The notes beneath the pieces are model-generated. The model had not been told where the DNA came from, searched no databases, and saw only the letters and a program-made list of their open reading frames with translations. The position numbers and the translations under genes are program-made. Positions 50,400 to 63,425 of a stretch of 64,000 nt of DNA are shown in pieces. The stretch's first letter is position 1. Each line of letters starts with the position of its first letter. This stretch comes from Hypanus sabinus (lineage: Eukaryota): the NCBI RefSeq assembly GCF_030144855.1, contig NC_082726.1:47368001-47432000 (forward strand), given 5' to 3'.

Positions 50400-50791
50400 C
50401 AAGCAGCCGCTTGGTGCATAAAAGCAAGCAGACATGGTCAAGGTATTCAGACCAAACATCAGACTGGGGAACTAACTGACTTTGACCATGATTATTGGCC
50501 ACAGTGAGTGAGTGAGTGGGTTGAGTATCTCAGAACTGCCAGTCTCCTGGGATTTTTGTGCACAACAGAGAATGATGTGAAAATGCACACAAAAACATTG
50601 TCTGTGGACAAAGGCACCTTGTTAATAAGAGCGATCAAAGAAGACTAGTTAGACTGGTTCAAGCTAACAGGAAGGTGACAGTAATTCAGATAATCACATG
50701 TTCCAATAGTTGTGTGCAGGAGAACATGTTGAACCTTGAAATGGATGGACTACAGCAGGAGAGGTACCTAATACAGTGGCCACTGGGTGTA
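50400..50791 (+). mobile_element. Degenerate Tc1-like transposon remnant
   Basis: Right end GTACCTAATACAGTGGCCACTGGGTG-TA resembles Tc1-type TIRs; decayed transposase N-terminus (...RRLVRLVQANRKVTVIQI...). Confidence 0.6.
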
Positions 50792-51362
50792 TAGCGCCAT
50801 TCCTTCATCACCACAGGATCGAACTCCTGGAATTCCAGAAGGACTGCAGCTCACCTCCATCTCTCGGGGTAGTTAAGGCTGGGGAACAAAAGTTAGCCTT
50901 GTCTCGATGCTCAGATCTCGTGTCTAACTGGGCTGTGCTTAGATGAAGTCATCAGATGGTCATTGCTACTGGACTTATACTGATTCCCTCCTCCCCTCCA
51001 GTTCTGATGAAAAGAAATTGACCTGAAACCTTATCTCCTAATTTTCTCTGCCTGGGCTTCTGAGTATCGCCAGCATTTTCTGTACTGTGTTTTCGGCATT
51101 TGTACTTTACTTTTTCTGCTTTTGGAGGTTTAAGGAGGTGTTTACTGACAGAATATTATCAGATTGGTTCCAGGTCTGACAGCTAAAGGTCACATCAGAA
51201 TGGGGAGGCCATTCAGTCCTTTTAGTCTGTTCCCACTGAGATAGGCTAGTCTGTGTCTTAACTCATCACCCACTTTGACTTCATATCCTTGAAGACCCTT
51301 ATCGATTTTAGATGAACTAAGATAACATTTTGTTTACTGGGTGGAACTTTTTCTGCCTCACA

Positions 51363-51615
51363 GGGTGACGTGGTAGCATATCGGTTAGTGTAAAGCTTTA
51401 CAGTGCTGGCGATCCAGGTACAATTCCTGCCACTGTCGGGAGTTTGTATGCTCCTCCCATGACCGCGTGGGCTGGCTGCGGATGCTCTGGTTTCCTCCTA
51501 CAGGCAAAATATGTGTGGGTTAATAGGTTGATTTGTCACAGGTGTAATTGGGTGGCATGGGCTTATTGGGCCAGAAGGCCCTTTTACCGTGCTGTATCTC
51601 TAAACAAATAAAAAA
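51363..51615 (+). mobile_element. tRNA-derived V-SINE (HE1-like)
   Basis: Degenerate A and B boxes, V-domain-like GGAGTTTGTATGCTCCTCCCATGACCGCGTGGG...GGTTTCCTCC, LINE-derived tail with A-rich end. Confidence 0.7.
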
Positions 51616-52479
51616 GAAGTATTTTTACCTGGACAAGATGGTGGAAATAATCAACAAATCAGAAACCTTTGGCGGTGGGGGGGTGGGGTGGCAGGGAGAA
51701 ATATTAAGTTAATTTTCCAGGTTGCTGACCTTTCATTTGAGTTGAAACATCCACCTTCAGTTTCTTCCTCCACAGATGCTGCCTGTCCCTTTGAGCTATT
51801 TTTTGTTCTTGGCTCAGATTTACAGCATCTGCAATATTTTGCTTTTGCGCTCTCTTCCTACGTGTTTGGCCCATTGGTTCAAAAATCTTGAGCAACACAT
51901 CAAAATTACTTCTCCTGGGTCACCTTGAGGGGCTGCTGGACTGACAGTGTCCTCCACGCGCCAGAGGCCTTGTATGACTCCCTAAGGTCCTGTGGGTCTG
52001 TCTACAGGATTTCAGTGCGACCCTCACTCTTCTACCCAGTACTTTGCCGTGAGGCAGAAAGAGTTTGCTTCCATTGACAGAAGGGTGGATAACATGGAGA
52101 ATAGCTTTAGGTAATTGGAAAGGAAAATGTGATGGAACAAAAATCTGCTTCACACCACGGGTGATTAGAATTTGAAATGCATAGCCTGATGGTGCGGTGA
52201 TACAGATTTAGCAATTATCTTCGAAAGGGAATTGGATAAATATTTGACAGGCAAAACAAAAAGCAAGATTATGGGGAAATGTACTAACTCAATCACCAAC
52301 ACAGGAGATGCTGCAGATGCTGTAAATCTTGAGCAATGCACACAAAGTGCTGTAAGAACTCAGCAATTTAGGCAGTATTCATTGGCGGGGGGTATAAACA
52401 GTCGAGCCGAGTGCCTTCATCAGGACTGGAAAGGAAGAGGGCAAAAGCTGGAATGGCAGGTGATAATGAGACCAGATTA

Positions 52480-53570
52480 CAGACTGCTTAATGTCATTTC
52501 CTGTACACAAGTGTAAAGGGGAACCAATAGTTGTTTCTCTGGATCAGATGCAGCACAAATAAAACATGACAAGATAAAGAACACAATAATAATAAAAACA
52601 CAATAAATAGAAATATGTAAGACAGCTTAAGTACTGTACACAGATCGAATGTATGTCCATAAAGTGGTGCTAGGCACGGGACTGTCTGTACATGAAATGA
52701 GTGACATCAAACAATAAAGTAATAGTGGTTAGAGGTGGGTTAGTGGGTGGAAGTGTTGATCAGTCTTACTGCTTGGTGAAAGTAACTAGTACCTGTTTTC
52801 GTGTCTGGTGGTCCTGGCGTAGATGCCGCGTAGCCTCCTCCTTGGTGGGAGTGGGGCAAACATTCCTTGAGCTGGGTGGGATCCTTCATGGTGTTACTGG
52901 CCCTTTTCCCCCCACCGTTCTGAATACGTACTTGTTGGTGAGTAGGCTGGTGCCGGTGATGCGTTGGGCAGTTTTGACAGTCCGTAGTGATTTTTCCTGT
53001 TTGCTGCAGTGCAGTTTCCGCACCATGCACCGGTGCAGCTTGTTAGGGTGCTCGCTGCGTGCATCTGTAGAATGACGTGAGCACGGATGTGCATCGTCCA
53101 GCCTCGTCAGAGAGTAGAGGCACTGGTGAGCTTCTCTGGCTGTGTAGAATATGCTCTGGGACCATGTGAGTTTGTGCGAGATGTGCACTGCCAGGGGCTT
53201 GAAGCCGCTTGCAGTTTCCACATTGATGTTAAGAGGGGCATGAGCTCTCCTCAAGTCAATAACCATCTCCTTGGTCTTGCCTACACTGAGGAACAGGTAG
53301 GCCGTAGGAACAGATGAGCACCACCACTACCACGTCTTCGGCAAACTTGAGAACGTGATTACTCGGGTGCAGCCACGTGTGGGCAAAGTGTACGGCAGCG
53401 GGATCAGCACACAGCCTGGGGGCACCGGCGATGAGGATGATGGGGAGGGAGGCGAGGCTGTGCATCCTGACTATCTGAGATCCGTCAGTTAGGAAGCTGA
53501 ACACCTTTTTACGCAGTGGGGTACTTAGACTGAGGGGCAGGAGTCTGTTCACCAAGGTCTGTGGGGAAAA
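52480..53570 (-). mobile_element. Degenerate Rex1/Babar-type LINE 3' region
   Basis: Fragments KFAEDVVVV (RT), KTKEMVIDLRR, L.W....TAREAHQCLYSL, SLRTVKTAQRITG, YFHQAVRLIN across frameshifted ORFs. Confidence 0.8.
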
Positions 53571-55242
53571 TAGTGTTGAATGCCAAACAACATTCCGACA
53601 TAAATGTCGAAATAAGGGGGAAGGTGAGGGAAAGAGGACGAGGTAAGTAGCAGGGAGGTGATAGATGAAGGAATCTCTAATGGTGGACCATGGAAGAAAG
53701 GGAAGGAGGAGGGGAACCAGAGGGGGACAATGGGCAGGTGAGGAGAAGGGAGTTACCAGAATGTGGAATGGGAAAATACAGGCGAAGGGAGAGAGGAGAA
53801 ATAACCAGACACTGAAGAAATCACTGCTTGTGCCAACAGGTTGGCGACTACCCAGAGGGAATGTGAAGTGTTGCTCCTCCAACCTAACCCGATCACTGTG
53901 TTTGCAGGTGATGGCATTAGCTCATTAAATCATACGGCCTCCTCCCATGTTGGGAGTCCTTTACGATCGCGTTGCTAAAACAAAAGCAGTCTGCATACCT
54001 GGCTGTTTACCTCACTGGATGTTAGTTCACGTAAGGCTAACCACATTTTTCCAAATGCAAAAAAAAACAACTGCTTTTGACATGCTGTGGAGCAGCCAGT
54101 GGAAAAATCTGAACGTGACTGGACTCCCGGCTCTGGATGTGATCTTTGTTGCTGTGAATCTCCCACGGTGAGGGTTTCGGCAGCACTGATACCGTGATAA
54201 TTCAGCCAAGCTGTTCAGACCACGAGAACCAAGTGACAGGAAGCAGATTCTCAAATACTTCATTGTATGGCCATGAGGCTTTTTTGCCTAACCACAATGC
54301 TGAGGCGGCTGCAGGAAGCCACCATGTAACTACATGTTTTAGCCCTTCTATTTTAAATAAGCTATGAACTGTATTAAAGATAGCAAGGCTTGATTCAGGA
54401 GGGCAACAGTCCCATTAAAACTTAGAACACCATTGGAAGATGTCCTCCAAGCCATATGGCATTCTCAAATGGAATTGGGTTGGGTTATTGCTGTCACACA
54501 CCAAGTTACAGTGAAAGGCTTTTGTTCGCACGCCATCCAGACACATCAATCCATATATATGTACATCAAGGCAAGAACAACAGAATACAGGATGCAAAAT
54601 ATAGTGTTCAGGTTATAGAGAAAGTGAAATGCAGATAAAAGAAAAAAGTGCAAGGGCCGTGCTGAAGTAGGTTAGGAGATGAGTTCATCATGTGAGAGGT
54701 CTGTCCAAGAGGCTGATAGCAGCAGATAAGCGATCCTTGAGTCTGGCGATACATCCTCTCGAGGTTCTATACTGTATATCGATGTTCCTTCACTGCCGCT
54801 GGTCAAAATCCTGCAATTCCCTCCCTGTAGCCATTGTGGATGCACCACAACTCATGGACTGCAGCGGTTTGAGAAGACAGCTCACCACCGCCTTCTCAAG
54901 GGCAACCAGGGATGGGCAATTAAACATTGGCTGCATCTGAGAAGCCCACATCTTTTGAGTGAATAAAAAAAAGGAAATTTTCTGACCAGAATCGAGCCCT
55001 TTCTCCACTGAATCACCAAAGTCAGGAATTCTTCAGAGCTGGGGTTAAATAAACATATTTATTGATAAAGCACTGATGGAGAGCACAAATTATATCAGCA
55101 GAGAAAATGGGAGCATTGCATTTTAGATAGAAATACCCTTTTATTGTTGCTTAAATGTAATGTTCTTTCCACGTTGGTTGTTTATCAGTCTTTGTGTGTA
55201 GTTTTTCATTGATTCTCTTGGTTCTACTGTGAATGCCTGCAA

Positions 55243-55535
55243 GGGGTGGTACAGTAACATAGCGGTTAGCACAACGCTTTACTGTAGCTGTAACTCATGT
55301 TCAGTTTCTGCCACTGCCTGGTAGGAGTTGGTACGTTCTCCCTGTGACCACGTGGGTTTCCTCCAGGTGCTCCAGTTTCCTCCCACACTCCAATGTCGAA
55401 CCAGGAGGTAGGTTAATTGGTCATTGTAAATTGTCCCATTATTAGGCTAGGATTAAATTGGGGAATTTGCCGGGAGGCATGGCTCAAAGGGCCAGAAGAG
55501 TCCATTCCATGCTGTGTGTCAATAAATAATAAAAA
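55243..55535 (+). mobile_element. tRNA-derived V-SINE (HE1-like)
   Basis: GGAGTTGGTACGTTCTCCCTGTGACCACGTGGGTTTCCTCCAGGTGCTCCAGTTTCCTCCCAC core and A-rich tail. Further copies near 2785-2870, 24020-24165 (-), 24610-24890, 28374-28530 and 31560-31695 (-). Confidence 0.75.
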
Positions 55536-56490
55536 CAGAATCTCAGGGTCATATGTGGACTTTGATAGGTTTACTTTGAATCTAAATATGAAAGCAGTGA
55601 TCTTTCTCAGATGGTACAGCTGGCAGGAGCTGCTGGCTCACAGTTCCCATGATCTGGGTTTGATCCTGACTCATTGTGCTGATTGTGTGGCATTTGCACT
55701 TTCTCCCCATGACTGCATGGGTTAAAGATAACCATTAGCTTTCTTTTTAATCACCTGCACATTGGAACATTGAAATGTACTGTGAAATGCATTGTTTGTA
55801 TCAGCAACCAACGCAGAGGATGTTCGGGGGTTGGGGGGGGGGGATCGGCAGTCCACAGGTATCTGATGTCAGCATAGTACGCCCAGAATTTACTAGCCTT
55901 AACCCATAAATCTTTGGAATGTGGGAGGAAACCAGATTTCAGCTGGGCTGCTCCAGTTTCTAACCCCTCCCCCCCAATGTGCTGCAGGCATGTGAGTTGG
56001 TTGGTTAATTCGTGAGTATAATTGGCCTGTGGCATGTCGATGAGATGTGGAATCCTGCAGAGAGCTGATGGGAAAGTGATATGATAGGGATAAATTGGAA
56101 TGAATGAGGACAAGCACTTGATTATTGGCATTGACTCAGTTGGCTGAAGTATCTGTTTCTGTGCTGGATGGCTCCATGAATCTGGCAGCATTATTGGTAG
56201 ATCCCTGTTGTTATATTAAAGAAAGTGCTAGAAGTTGTCAGCAGATCAGGCAGCATCTGTGGAGCACATAACCATTAACGATTCATGTTAAGGATCCTCC
56301 AAGGTGATCAGCTATCTGCTTCTCTCTCCTCGTCAGTCTTTTACACTCTAGTATCTCCCTTGACCACCTTGAGGCCAGTCTTGATGAAGAGTCTGTTCCC
56401 CTCCATAGATACTGCCTGACTTGCTGAGTTCCTTCACCATTTTTGAGTGTGTTGCTTGAGAGCATTGCATTCTCAGCTACTGAAGCTGGA

Positions 56491-57530
56491 TAACTGTTTG
56501 TCAGGTTGGAAGCCGGTGACTAGTGGTGTGCTTCAGGGATCTGTACTGGGTCCATTGTTGTTTGTCATATACATTAATGATCTGGATGATAGGGAGGTAA
56601 ATTGGATTAGTAAGTATGCAGATGATACTAAGATAGGTGGCGTTGTGGATAATGAAGTAGGTTTTCAAAGCTTGCGGAGAGATTTAGACCAGTTAGAAGA
56701 GTGGGCTGAAAGATGGCAGATGGAGTTTAATGCTGATAGGTGTGAGGTGCTACATTTTGGTAGGACTAATCAAAATAGGACATACATGGTAAATGATAGA
56801 GCATTGAGGAATGCAGTAGAACAGAGTGATCAAGGAATAATGGTGCATAGTTCCCTGAAGGTGGAATCTCATGTGGATAGGGTGGTGAAGAAAGCTTTTG
56901 GTATGCTGGCCTTTATAAATCAGAGCATTGAGTATAGGAGTTGGGATGTAATGTTAAAACCATACAAGGCACTAGTGAGGCCAAATTTGGAGTATTGTGT
57001 ACAGTACTGGTCACTGAATTATAGGAAAGATGTCAACAAAATAAAGAGAGTACAGAGGAGATTTACTAGAATGTTACCTGGGTTTCAGCACCTAAGTTAC
57101 AGACAAAGGTTGAACAAGTTAGGTCTTTATTCTTTGGAGCGTAGAAAGTTGAGGGGGTACTTGATAGAGGTATTTAAAATTATGAGGGGGATAGATAGAG
57201 TTGACGTGGATAGGCTTTTTTCCATTGAGAGTAAGGGAGATTCAAACAAGAGGACATGAGTTGAAAGTTAAGGGGCAAAAGTTTAGGGGTAACATGAAGG
57301 GGAACTTCTTTACTCAGAGAGTGGTAGCTGTGCGGAACAAGCTTCTAGTAGAAATGGTAGAGGCAGGTTGGATTTGGTCATTTAAAAAAAATTGGATAGG
57401 TATATGGACAGGAAAGGAATGGAGGGTTATGGGCTGAGTGCAGGTTGGTGGGACTAGGTGAGAGTAAGCATTCGGCACGGACTAGAAGGGCTGAGATGGC
57501 CTGTTTCCATGCTGTAATTGTTATATAGTT
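56491..57530 (+). mobile_element. 5'-truncated CR1 LINE (ORF2 RT C-terminal half plus 3' UTR), relatively young
   Basis: ORF 56447-57259 contains VTSGVLQGSVLGPLLFVIYINDLD, KYADDTKIGG, WQMEFNADRC, YKALVRPNLEYCVQ, LYSLERRKLRG. A frameshift near 57217 continues into TRGHELK...FFTQRVV. Confidence 0.93.
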
Positions 57531-58408
57531 AAATGAAATGAGTTGGCGCTGAAACCTTGTCTCCTACTGGGCCAATTTTGGGAACAGGTCACACTCTGTG
57601 CAAAAAAACCATCCAGGTTGCAATGTCAAAAGGAAACTGCTGCTTTTCCCATTTCTTCACTTGCACTTCATAATACTTACTTTGTTTATTTCATGGTGAG
57701 TGGCTAAGAATCTCTTCCACAACTGCCAGTATTCCAGAGTACAATAATACTCTGTGTGAGAAGACCTCCCTTCAGTTTGTCCCTTGATGCTACTAATACT
57801 AAGTCGAAACATTCTTGTGATCCTCCTTTGCTGTCCCATATTGCACCAAGAACGTCCCTAGTGCATAATAATCCTCAGAGTTAACGTTGTGTAGCAAGAA
57901 AGCGCGTTCTAGCTCACTGGGGATGCATAAAAGATTCACAAGAATGTTGAGGGACACAAGAGACTGTGGATGTTAGAATTTGGAGCAGCAATGATCTGCT
58001 GGAGGTACTCAGCAGGTCAAGCAGCATCTGTGGGAGGAAAGAATTGTCGACATTTCAGGTCAAAACCTCCAGCGGTTCCTTTCCTCCCACAGGTGCTGCT
58101 TGATCCGCTGAGTTCCTGCAGCAGATTGTCGTTTCACAAGAATGTTGCTGGGATTGAAAACCAGGAGAAACTGGATAGTAGGACTGTTTTCTCTGGAACG
58201 AAGGAGGCTGAGAGGGGAATTTACAGAGATTCGTAAAATTGTAAGAGGCATAGATAAGGTGAATGCACTGCCCCCCGCACATCCTTGGGTTTGAGATTCT
58301 CTGTGTTTCAATGTAAGTATGATAAATAAGTGAATCTGAATATGAATGGTCACAGTCTTTGCTCACAGGTAGGGCAGTCTTAAACTAGAGACGGTGGGTC
58401 TCCTACTG

Positions 58409-58880
58409 CAGACATCCCACCTCTCCCGGAAGTTCCGCAAATCTCCCGCATATTGATAGCGGCTCCCTGATGCCCGTAAATTATATACAATATCCTGGAA
58501 ATCAATTTTTTGAGAGCGAGAGAGAGAGAGAGCAAGAGAGTGCACCATGGCAGAGTGTTCCAAAAAGAGAAAATATAGAACGTACTTCACCCCATACTAC
58601 ACTAAAGTGTACCCCTGCCTAATAGGGGTCAAAAGTAATGACAGTGTTGCTCGCTGCACTGTTTGCAACTCAGTCTTTTCTATTGTCCGTGGGGGTTAAA
58701 TGTCTGTTGAGGTGAGTTTAACAGGTGTCATTCGTTCATTAGCATAGCTAACGTTATTTAAACTAGCTGGCTGGCTGCTAAGGAGCTACTCTATTGCAGA
58801 CATCCGCCCTCTCCCGGGAGTCTCCCGCAAACTGATGGTGCTACCTCCCTGAAATTAGTTTTTGCAGGGTGGGATGTCTG
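58409..58880 (+). mobile_element. Non-autonomous hAT-like DNA transposon with transposase N-terminal zinc-finger remnant
   Basis: 13-bp TIRs CAGACATCCCACC / GGTGGGATGTCTG. Flanks CTACTG / CTATTG. 58547-58699 encodes MAECSKKRKYRTYF...YPCL...ARCTVCNSVFSIVRGG, followed by a GAG/GTGAGT donor-like site. Confidence 0.7.
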
Positions 58881-59301
58881 CTATTGTATGGCAATAACGT
58901 ATAAATGCAGGTATAATTCCAGTCTTTCTGATCTCAATTACACACCTCCATTGAACTCTTCCACATCAGAAGAAAGCAGAATCCAAAATTTACCACCCAG
59001 CAGGTTGTGAGATCTTGCTCCTATCATTGAAAGGGACAGACAAGGTGCCAGCATTTTAAGTCCTTCTCCCCTCTGCGGACAAGGACAGAACCAAGCTGTC
59101 ATTTACTGGGAACTGTGCCAGGCAGCAAGGTTCTGATTTCTGAACAGGGACATCCTTTGCCCCAGTCAGAGCCTGTGTAGAATCAATGTGCAGATGAGCT
59201 TCGTTGTAATTTATATAAGATACCAAACAGGTAACTATGATGGTAGGTAGGTCAGAAGGCTGTATATATAGTTAGTATGCTTTCCTCTAATTGTGTGATT
59301 A

Positions 59302-60080
59302 CACTGGACAACAAAGATTTTGCTTCCTGAATATTTTTGGGTGTATCTTAAGGCATTAAGGCCTAAAAGTCACCATGAAGTTGCTCTATCACGCACCATT
59401 TTTTTGAAATCACCTACATTTGCTATTTCAATTCATAATTCAAGTCAGAACAACTGATGCCAAGGTTAAGGAAGACATTTTCATTGGTCCACAAATCAAA
59501 CAGGTCATCAATGACCGGCAATTCAAGGAACTTCTCGTGGGACCGGCGAACATGGCCAAGAAAGCATTCAAGGATGCTGTTGAAAATTTTCTTGCCAACG
59601 ACTGAGCACCAGACCACATGCAGCTGGTTGACGACATGCTTCAAGCATACAAAACCATGAAGTGCAACATGTCACTGAAGATTCATTTTCTGCATTCCCA
59701 TTTAGACCTCTTTTCTGCAAACCGTGGTGCTGCCAGTGACGAGCGAGGTGAAAGATTTTACCAGGACATTGCAGTCATTGAGAATCAATATCAGGGCAAC
59801 TGGCTGATTATTGTTGGACACTTAAGTGAGAGGCTTCAGACACTGAGAATAAAAATAATCAACAAAACATTTTTAGGTTAGTTGAACTATTGCAAAGAGC
59901 CAGCACCACGATGCAACTAAACACATTATATTCAATAAAAGTTAATTTCCTGTTTCTCCAAATTCCTATGAGATACAAGTAGTCTAAAATTACATTTGTG
60001 TTCAGCTTCAAGTGGTCTATCATAAACAAAAAAAAATTCCTGAGGAAGCAACACTTACAAAAATAATTTGTTGTCCAGTG
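59302..60080 (+). mobile_element. Internally deleted Chapaev3-like (CMC superfamily) DNA transposon
   Basis: 14-bp TIRs CACTGGACAACAAA / TTTGTTGTCCAGTG and TTA TSD on both sides. Transposase remnants AKVKEDIFIGPQIKQV and NMSLKIHFLHSHLDLF...SDERGERFYQDI. Confidence 0.78.
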
Positions 60081-60731
60081 TTAACAATATTTTTTATTTA
60101 CAATGTATTGAGGCAACACAAACAGCTTATAGTTCTGGAGAGATTGTTTATCTGACATCAGGATAGGGTGGTAAATTGCCTCCATTCCTGAAATTCTGTA
60201 GTTCTTTTGGCAATTGTGGGTAATATACTGTATATCTGGAATGTGTTGGGTTTTCTTAGGGTGACCTGTTACTTTTATCAGAAAATGCTGCCCCAGAAAT
60301 GCTGGACAAAAGCTACATTATTATAAGTGCCCTTTAATAATCTGGACTTCGCTGAACAGTACCCAGGCACCAATGCTAAGTAAATGGTGGGGCCAGGAGT
60401 CTTGTCCCCGTTCTATCTGTTAACTGGTCTTTGATTAGATAGATGACCCTTGCTCTGGATTGCTGCCTGGAGATTTTCTGAATGTGCTGAGTTGGATGTG
60501 ATGACCTATTGCTCTCTACGGCAGCCCAGCATGGTAGGATGTGCTCTGAGCTTGTGAGTAAGCCTTGGGCAGTTGTTCACTGAAGGCCCTGCTGCGTGAG
60601 GCGCAGATGTTGTACCTTGATAGGTACAGTGTGTGCAGCACAGTCCATTTGTCATTTGCCCAGCTGGCCAACTCAGTGACAGGTAATCATCAGTCAGATC
60701 AGGAGCACACTGTGCAGGCACACACCACAAG

Positions 60732-63425
60732 CTCCCACTGCATCTCTGCATTCCCATCTTCACGCTGCAGCTCTGCATTCCCATCTTCACGCTGCACCTC
60801 TGCACTCCCATCTTCACGCTTCACCTCTGCATTCCCATCTTCACACTGCACCTCTGCACTCCCATCTTCACGCTGCAGCTCTGCATTCCCATCTTCCCAC
60901 TGCACCTCTGCATTCCCATCTCCAAGCTGCACCTCTGCACTTCCATCTTCACGCTGCACCTCTGCACTCCCATCTTCCCGCTGCACCTCTGCATTCCCAT
61001 CTTCCCCCTGCATCTCTGCATTCCATCTTCCTGCTGCACCTCTGCATTCCATCTTCCCACTGCACCTCTGCATTCCCATCTTCCTGCAGCACCTCTGCAT
61101 TCCCATCTCCACACTGCTCCTCTGCACTCACATCTTCCCACTGCACCTCTGCATTCCCATCTTCACGCTGCACCTCTGCACTCCCATCTTCCCACTGCAC
61201 CTCTGCATTCCCATCTTCCCATTGCACCTCTGCACTCCCATCTTCACGCTGCACCTCTGCACTCCCATCTTCCCGCTGCACCTCTGCATTCCCATCTTCC
61301 CCCTGCATCTCTGCATTCCATCTTCCTGCTGCACCTCTGCATTCCATCTTCCCACTGCACCTCTGCATTCCCATCTTCCTGCAGCACCTCTGCATTCCCA
61401 TCTCCACACTGCTCCTCTGCACTCACATCTTCCCACTGCACCTCTGCATTCCCATCTTCCTGCTGCACCTCTGCATTCCCATCTCCACATTGCTCCTCTG
61501 CACTCACATCTTCCCATTGCACCTCTGCATTCCCATCTTCACGCTGCACCTCTGCACTCCCATCTTCCCGCTGCACCTCTGCATTCCCATCTTCCCCCTG
61601 CATCTCTGCATTCCATCTTCCTGCTGCACCTCTGCATTCCATCTTCCCACTGCACCTCTGCATTCCCATCTTCCCACTGCACCTCTGCATTCCCATCTTC
61701 CTGCAGCACCTCTGCATTCCCATCTCCACACTGCTCCTCTGCACTCACATCTTCCCACTGCACCTCTGCATTCCCATCTTCACGCTGCACCTCTGCACTC
61801 CCATCTTCCCACTGCACCTCTGCATTCCCATCTTCCCATTGCACCTCTGCACTCCCATCTTCACGCTGCACCTCTGCACTCCCATCTTCCCGCTGCACCT
61901 CTGCATTCCCATCTTCCCCCTGCATCTCTGCATTCCATCTTCCTGCTGCACCTCTGCATTCCATCTTCCCACTGCACCTCTGCATTCCCATCTTCCTGCT
62001 GCACCTCTGCATTCCCATCTCCACATTGCTCCTCTGCACTCACATCTTCCCATTGCACCTCTGCATTCCCATCTTCACGCTGCACCTCTGCACTCCCATC
62101 TTCCCACTGCACCTCTGCATTCCCATCTTCCCATTGCACCTCTGCACTCCCATCTTCACGCTGCACCTCTGCACTCCCATCTTCCCGCTGCACCTCTGCA
62201 TTCCCATCTTCCCCCTGCATCTCTGCATTCCATCTTCCTGCTGCACCTCTGCATTCCATCTTCCCACTGCACCTCTGCATTCCCATCTTCCTGCTGCACC
62301 TCTGCATTCCCATCTCCACATTGCTCCTCTGCACTCACATCTTCCCATTGCACCTCTGCATTCCCATCTTCACGCTGCACCTCTGCACTCCCATCTTCCC
62401 ACTGCACCTCTGCATTCCCATCTTCCCATTGCACCTCTGCACTCCCATCTTCACGCTGCACCTCTGCATTCCCATCTCCACGCTGCACCTCTGCATTCCA
62501 TCTTCCCACTGCACCTCTGCATTCCCTTCCCACTACTCCTCTGCATTCCCATCTTCCTGCTGCACCTCTGCATTCCCATCTCCACACTGCACCTCTGCAC
62601 TCCCATCTTCCCACTGCACCTCTGCACTCCCATCTTCCCATTGCACCTCTGCATTCCCATCTTCACGCTGCACCTCTGCACTCCCATCTTCCCACTGCAC
62701 CTCTGCATTCCCATCTTCCCATTGCACCTCTGCACTCCCATCTTCCCGCTGCACCTCTGCATTCCCATCTCCACGCTGCACCTCTGCATTCCCATCTTCA
62801 CGCTGCACCTCTGCACTCCCATCTTCACGCTGCACCTCTGCATTCCCATCTCCACGCTGCACCTCTGCATTCCCATCTCCACGTTGCACCTCTGCACTCC
62901 CATCTTCCCATTGCACCTCTGCATTCCATCTTCCCACTGCACCTCTGCATTCCCATCTTCCCACTGCACCTCTGCACTCCCACCTTCCCATTGCACCTCT
63001 GCGTTCCCATCTTCACGCTGCACCTCTGCACTCCCATCTTCCCACTGCACCTCTGCATTCCCATCTTCCCATTGCACCTCTGCACTCCCATCTTCCCACT
63101 GCATCTCTGCATTCCATCTTCCTGCTGCACCTCTGCATTCCATCTTCCCACTGCACCTCTGCATTCCCATCTTCCCACTGCACCTCTGCATTCCCATCTT
63201 CCTGCTGCACCTCTGCATTCCCATCTTCCCACTGAACCTCTGCACTCCCATCTTCCCATTGCACCTCTGCATTCCCATCTCCACGCTGAACCTCTGCACT
63301 CCCATCTTCCCATTGCACCTCTGCATTCCCATCTCCACGCTGCACCTCTGCACTCCCATCTTCCCACTGCACCTCTGCATTCCCATCTTCACGCTGCACC
63401 TCTGCATTCCCATCTTCCCGCTGCA
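60732..63425. repeat. Minisatellite of about 100 copies of a 27-bp unit with 295-bp higher-order repeat
   Basis: Unit CCCATCTTCCCACTGCACCTCTGCATT with 26-bp deletion variants. Near-identical ORFs recur at offsets of 295 (61127/61422; 61744/62039/62334) and 322 (295+27). Confidence 0.97.

Noticed and set aside
51363-51435. tRNA gene
   Set aside because: Degenerate tRNA-derived SINE head followed by the SINE core; no intact cloverleaf.
56447-57259. Functional 270-aa reverse transcriptase gene
   Set aside because: 5'-truncated CR1 ORF2 lacking the endonuclease and RT N-terminus; the start lies in flanking repeat sequence and the C-terminus is frameshifted.
60732-63425. CRISPR-like array
   Set aside because: Contiguous tandem units with no unique spacers, eukaryotic context, no cas genes.
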